From positions 2,356,001 through 2,420,000 of the forward strand of contig JAWMAR010000253.1 in assembly GCA_036785375.1 (NCBI GenBank): a stretch of DNA of 64,000 nt, read 5' to 3'. Below the pieces are notes generated by a model. It was given only the letters and a program-made list of their open reading frames with translations, made no database searches and was not told the DNA's origin. Shown here one piece after another: positions 61,727 to 64,000 of this stretch; within the stretch, counting starts at the first letter, position 1, and each line of letters opens with the position of its first letter. The position numbers were made by a program, and so were the translations under genes. This DNA is from Leucoraja ocellata. Lineage: Eukaryota.

Positions 61727-63239
61727 CTTTAAATAAAAACAATTGCTATTGGAACCATGCTCCTTTTCCTTTTTACTAAATATTTTCCCCATACACTCTT
61801 CCCCTTTGTGCTCAATTCATCCACCAGGCATGCCTTCTGTGTTCAAAATGGCATAGATAGAGTGGATGCAGAAAGGATGTTTCCACTGGTGGGTGAGTCT
61901 TGGACCTGAGGTCATAGCCTCAGAATTAAAGGAGGTGAGGGGGAACTTCTTTAGTCAGAGGGTGGTGAATCTGTGGAACTCATTGCCACAGAGAGCTGTG
62001 GAGGCCAAGTCAGTGGATATTTCTAAGGCAGATTTAGACACATTTTTGATTAGAATGGGTGTCATGGGTTGTGAGAAGGCAGAAAAATGGGATTAGGAGG
62101 CACAGATCAGCCCCGATTGAATGGCGGAGTAGTCTCGATGGGCCGAATGGCCTAATTCTACTCCTAAAACTTGTGAAAAGTCTTTGACTGACGAGACAGC
62201 CACAATGGGCATCCCTGCCAAGGTTCACCATCTCCTCAGGCAATCATTGCCCCACCCATTGGTATTGTCATCTCAGTCCATCCACAGACCACCAGGGGAG
62301 AGGTATCCAGTTTCTGTCATTACAATCAAGTTGCACATTGGATATTGGACAGACAGAGAATCATTTTCTCTCAAGAGTGTTTATTTATCATACGAATCAG
62401 AGCAACAAAATTCTTAAGCTGCAGCTTGACAAACACATTAGATGTAACAACACAAATAAATGCCGTTATATAAAAAAATATTATTTACTTTAAGTAAACT
62501 AGTAAAAGCCTGTCTGAAACACATGTCTGAAGAAGGGTCTCGATTCAAAACGTCAACTATTCCTTTTCTCTATAGATGCTGTCTGACCACTTAATTACTC
62601 CAGCTTTTTGCGTCAAACTTTAGAAAAAAAACAAAGTATGTCAAGGGTCCATAGTAGGGCAAATTCCTGGTGTCGGGTGCTGAGGTCGGGTCATGCAAGG
62701 TGGTTCCTGTTCTTGGTTTCTTGGTTCTCCAAAATATTGCAAATGGAATTTAAACTGGAGGTGGTGAAGGGAGGGATTAAGCCAGAAAGGGTTGAACGGG
62801 TTCAAGAAGCTGATGGTTGATGAGAAGAAGCTGTCCTTGAAACTGGAGGTAATGGTTCCCAGGCCTCTGCACCTCACATCATCAGAAATAAGCTAAGCAT
62901 GGCAAAGTTATGTTAGTCAAGGGAAAACAAAAGTGGGATTACTCTTTGCACCAGAGTCATCTCAGGGCAACATGCCAACCCAATCTAGTGAATTGACATT
63001 TACGCTATTTGGTTTGAAACTCCAGAATCTTCGCTCCAAAGGATTTGTTCATCATCCTCAGTCGCAATCTAAGTCCTCAGATTCCACAGTTTGAAGAAAG
63101 CGCGGCTGGTGACGGGTACAAAACTGCCCAAAGTCGGGAATTATCTGTGATAAGACATAAAATGTTGGAGTAACTCAGCGGGTCAGGGAGGGTCTCCGGT
63201 AAGAAGGAATAGGTGATGTTTCAGGTCAAGACCCTTCTT

Positions 63240-63655
63240 GGGCTTGTACTCGCTAGAATTTAGAAGATTGAGGGAGGGATCTTATATAAACTTACAAAAT
63301 TCTTAAGGGGTTGGACAGGCTAGATGCAGGAAGATTATTCCCGATGTTGGGGAAGTCCAGAACTAGGGGTCACAATTTAAGGATAAGGGGGAAGTCTTTT
63401 AGGACCAAGATGAGAAAATCATTTTTTACACAGAGGATGATGAATCTGTGGAATTCTCTGCCACAGAAGGTAGTTGAGGCCAGTTCATTGGCTATATTTA
63501 TGAGGGAGTTAGATGTGGCCTTTGTGGCTAAAGGGATCAGGGGGTATGGAGAGAAGGCAGGTACAGGATACTGAGTTGGATGATCATATTGAATGGCAGT
63601 GCAGGCTCGAAGGGCCGAATGGCCTACTCTTGCACCTATTTTCTATGTTTCTATG
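63240..63655 (+). mobile_element. CR1 3' fragment
   Basis: ORF 63311-63574 and TTTCTATG tail. Confidence 0.9.
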
Positions 63656-64000
63656 TTCACTCTAAAGAGGGACCTCGACCAAAAACATCACCTATTCCTT
63701 TTCTCCAGAGATGCTGCCTGGTCCGCTGAGTTACTCAAGCATTTTGTGTCCATCTCCGTTGTCACCTAGCATCTGCAGTTCCTTCCTACACACCAGTGAA
63801 TTATCTGTGCTGGATGTAGAGGGAGAGTTACAGCAGCGTTGTAGCAGAGAAACTAGATCTAGCATCACACCTTTCAGCTTAGACAGCAAGAACAACAGAG
63901 AGGAAAGCAGATTTGATCAGTTGTAAAAGTTACATTCTGTTATTGTCAACTATTGCAGAAAGAGCAGGAGATAAAACATGAAAGAGTTACTCTGAGCGTG

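Noticed and set aside
61795-61836. Possible extra tail exon (KACLVDELSTKGK)
   Set aside because: The better donor gives the wrong phase and the intron would be only about 70 nt.
63871-63877. Possible 7-nt micro-exon after a pyrimidine tract
   Set aside because: Weak donor and no supporting homology.

Overview
Repeat-dense vertebrate genomic DNA, most likely from a cartilaginous fish such as a skate or ray (inferred from the CR1, V-SINE, Rex1 and Penelope content), with two assembly gaps. The host content is a CD2/SLAM-family immune-receptor cluster. One minus-strand gene can be reconstructed: signal peptide 28461-28530, IgV 25496-25825, IgC2 24578-24865, TM 23104-23213 and an apparently truncated Tyr-free tail. 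A second minus-strand gene contributes its last two exons, carrying a YAVI motif (61653-61726) and an ITSM, TIYDEI (55703-55873). There is also a frameshifted IgC2 paralog exon (341-630) and an inverted, dead ITSM exon (17884-18440). The rest is transposons: CR1, L1, Tx1, L2, Rex1, SINEs, Tc1, a heavily nested hAT, Harbinger-type MITEs, a solo LTR and many short Penelope-derived hammerhead-ribozyme elements. The most unusual object is a young BEL/Pao LTR retrotransposon (39972-46690, minus). It has no tRNA primer-binding site; that position is instead perfectly complementary (11 nt) to its own LTR, suggesting self-priming. It also carries a CCA-ended tRNA-Asp-derived cassette in its 3' UTR. 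All calls were made by eye; repeat boundaries without a stated TSD are approximate.
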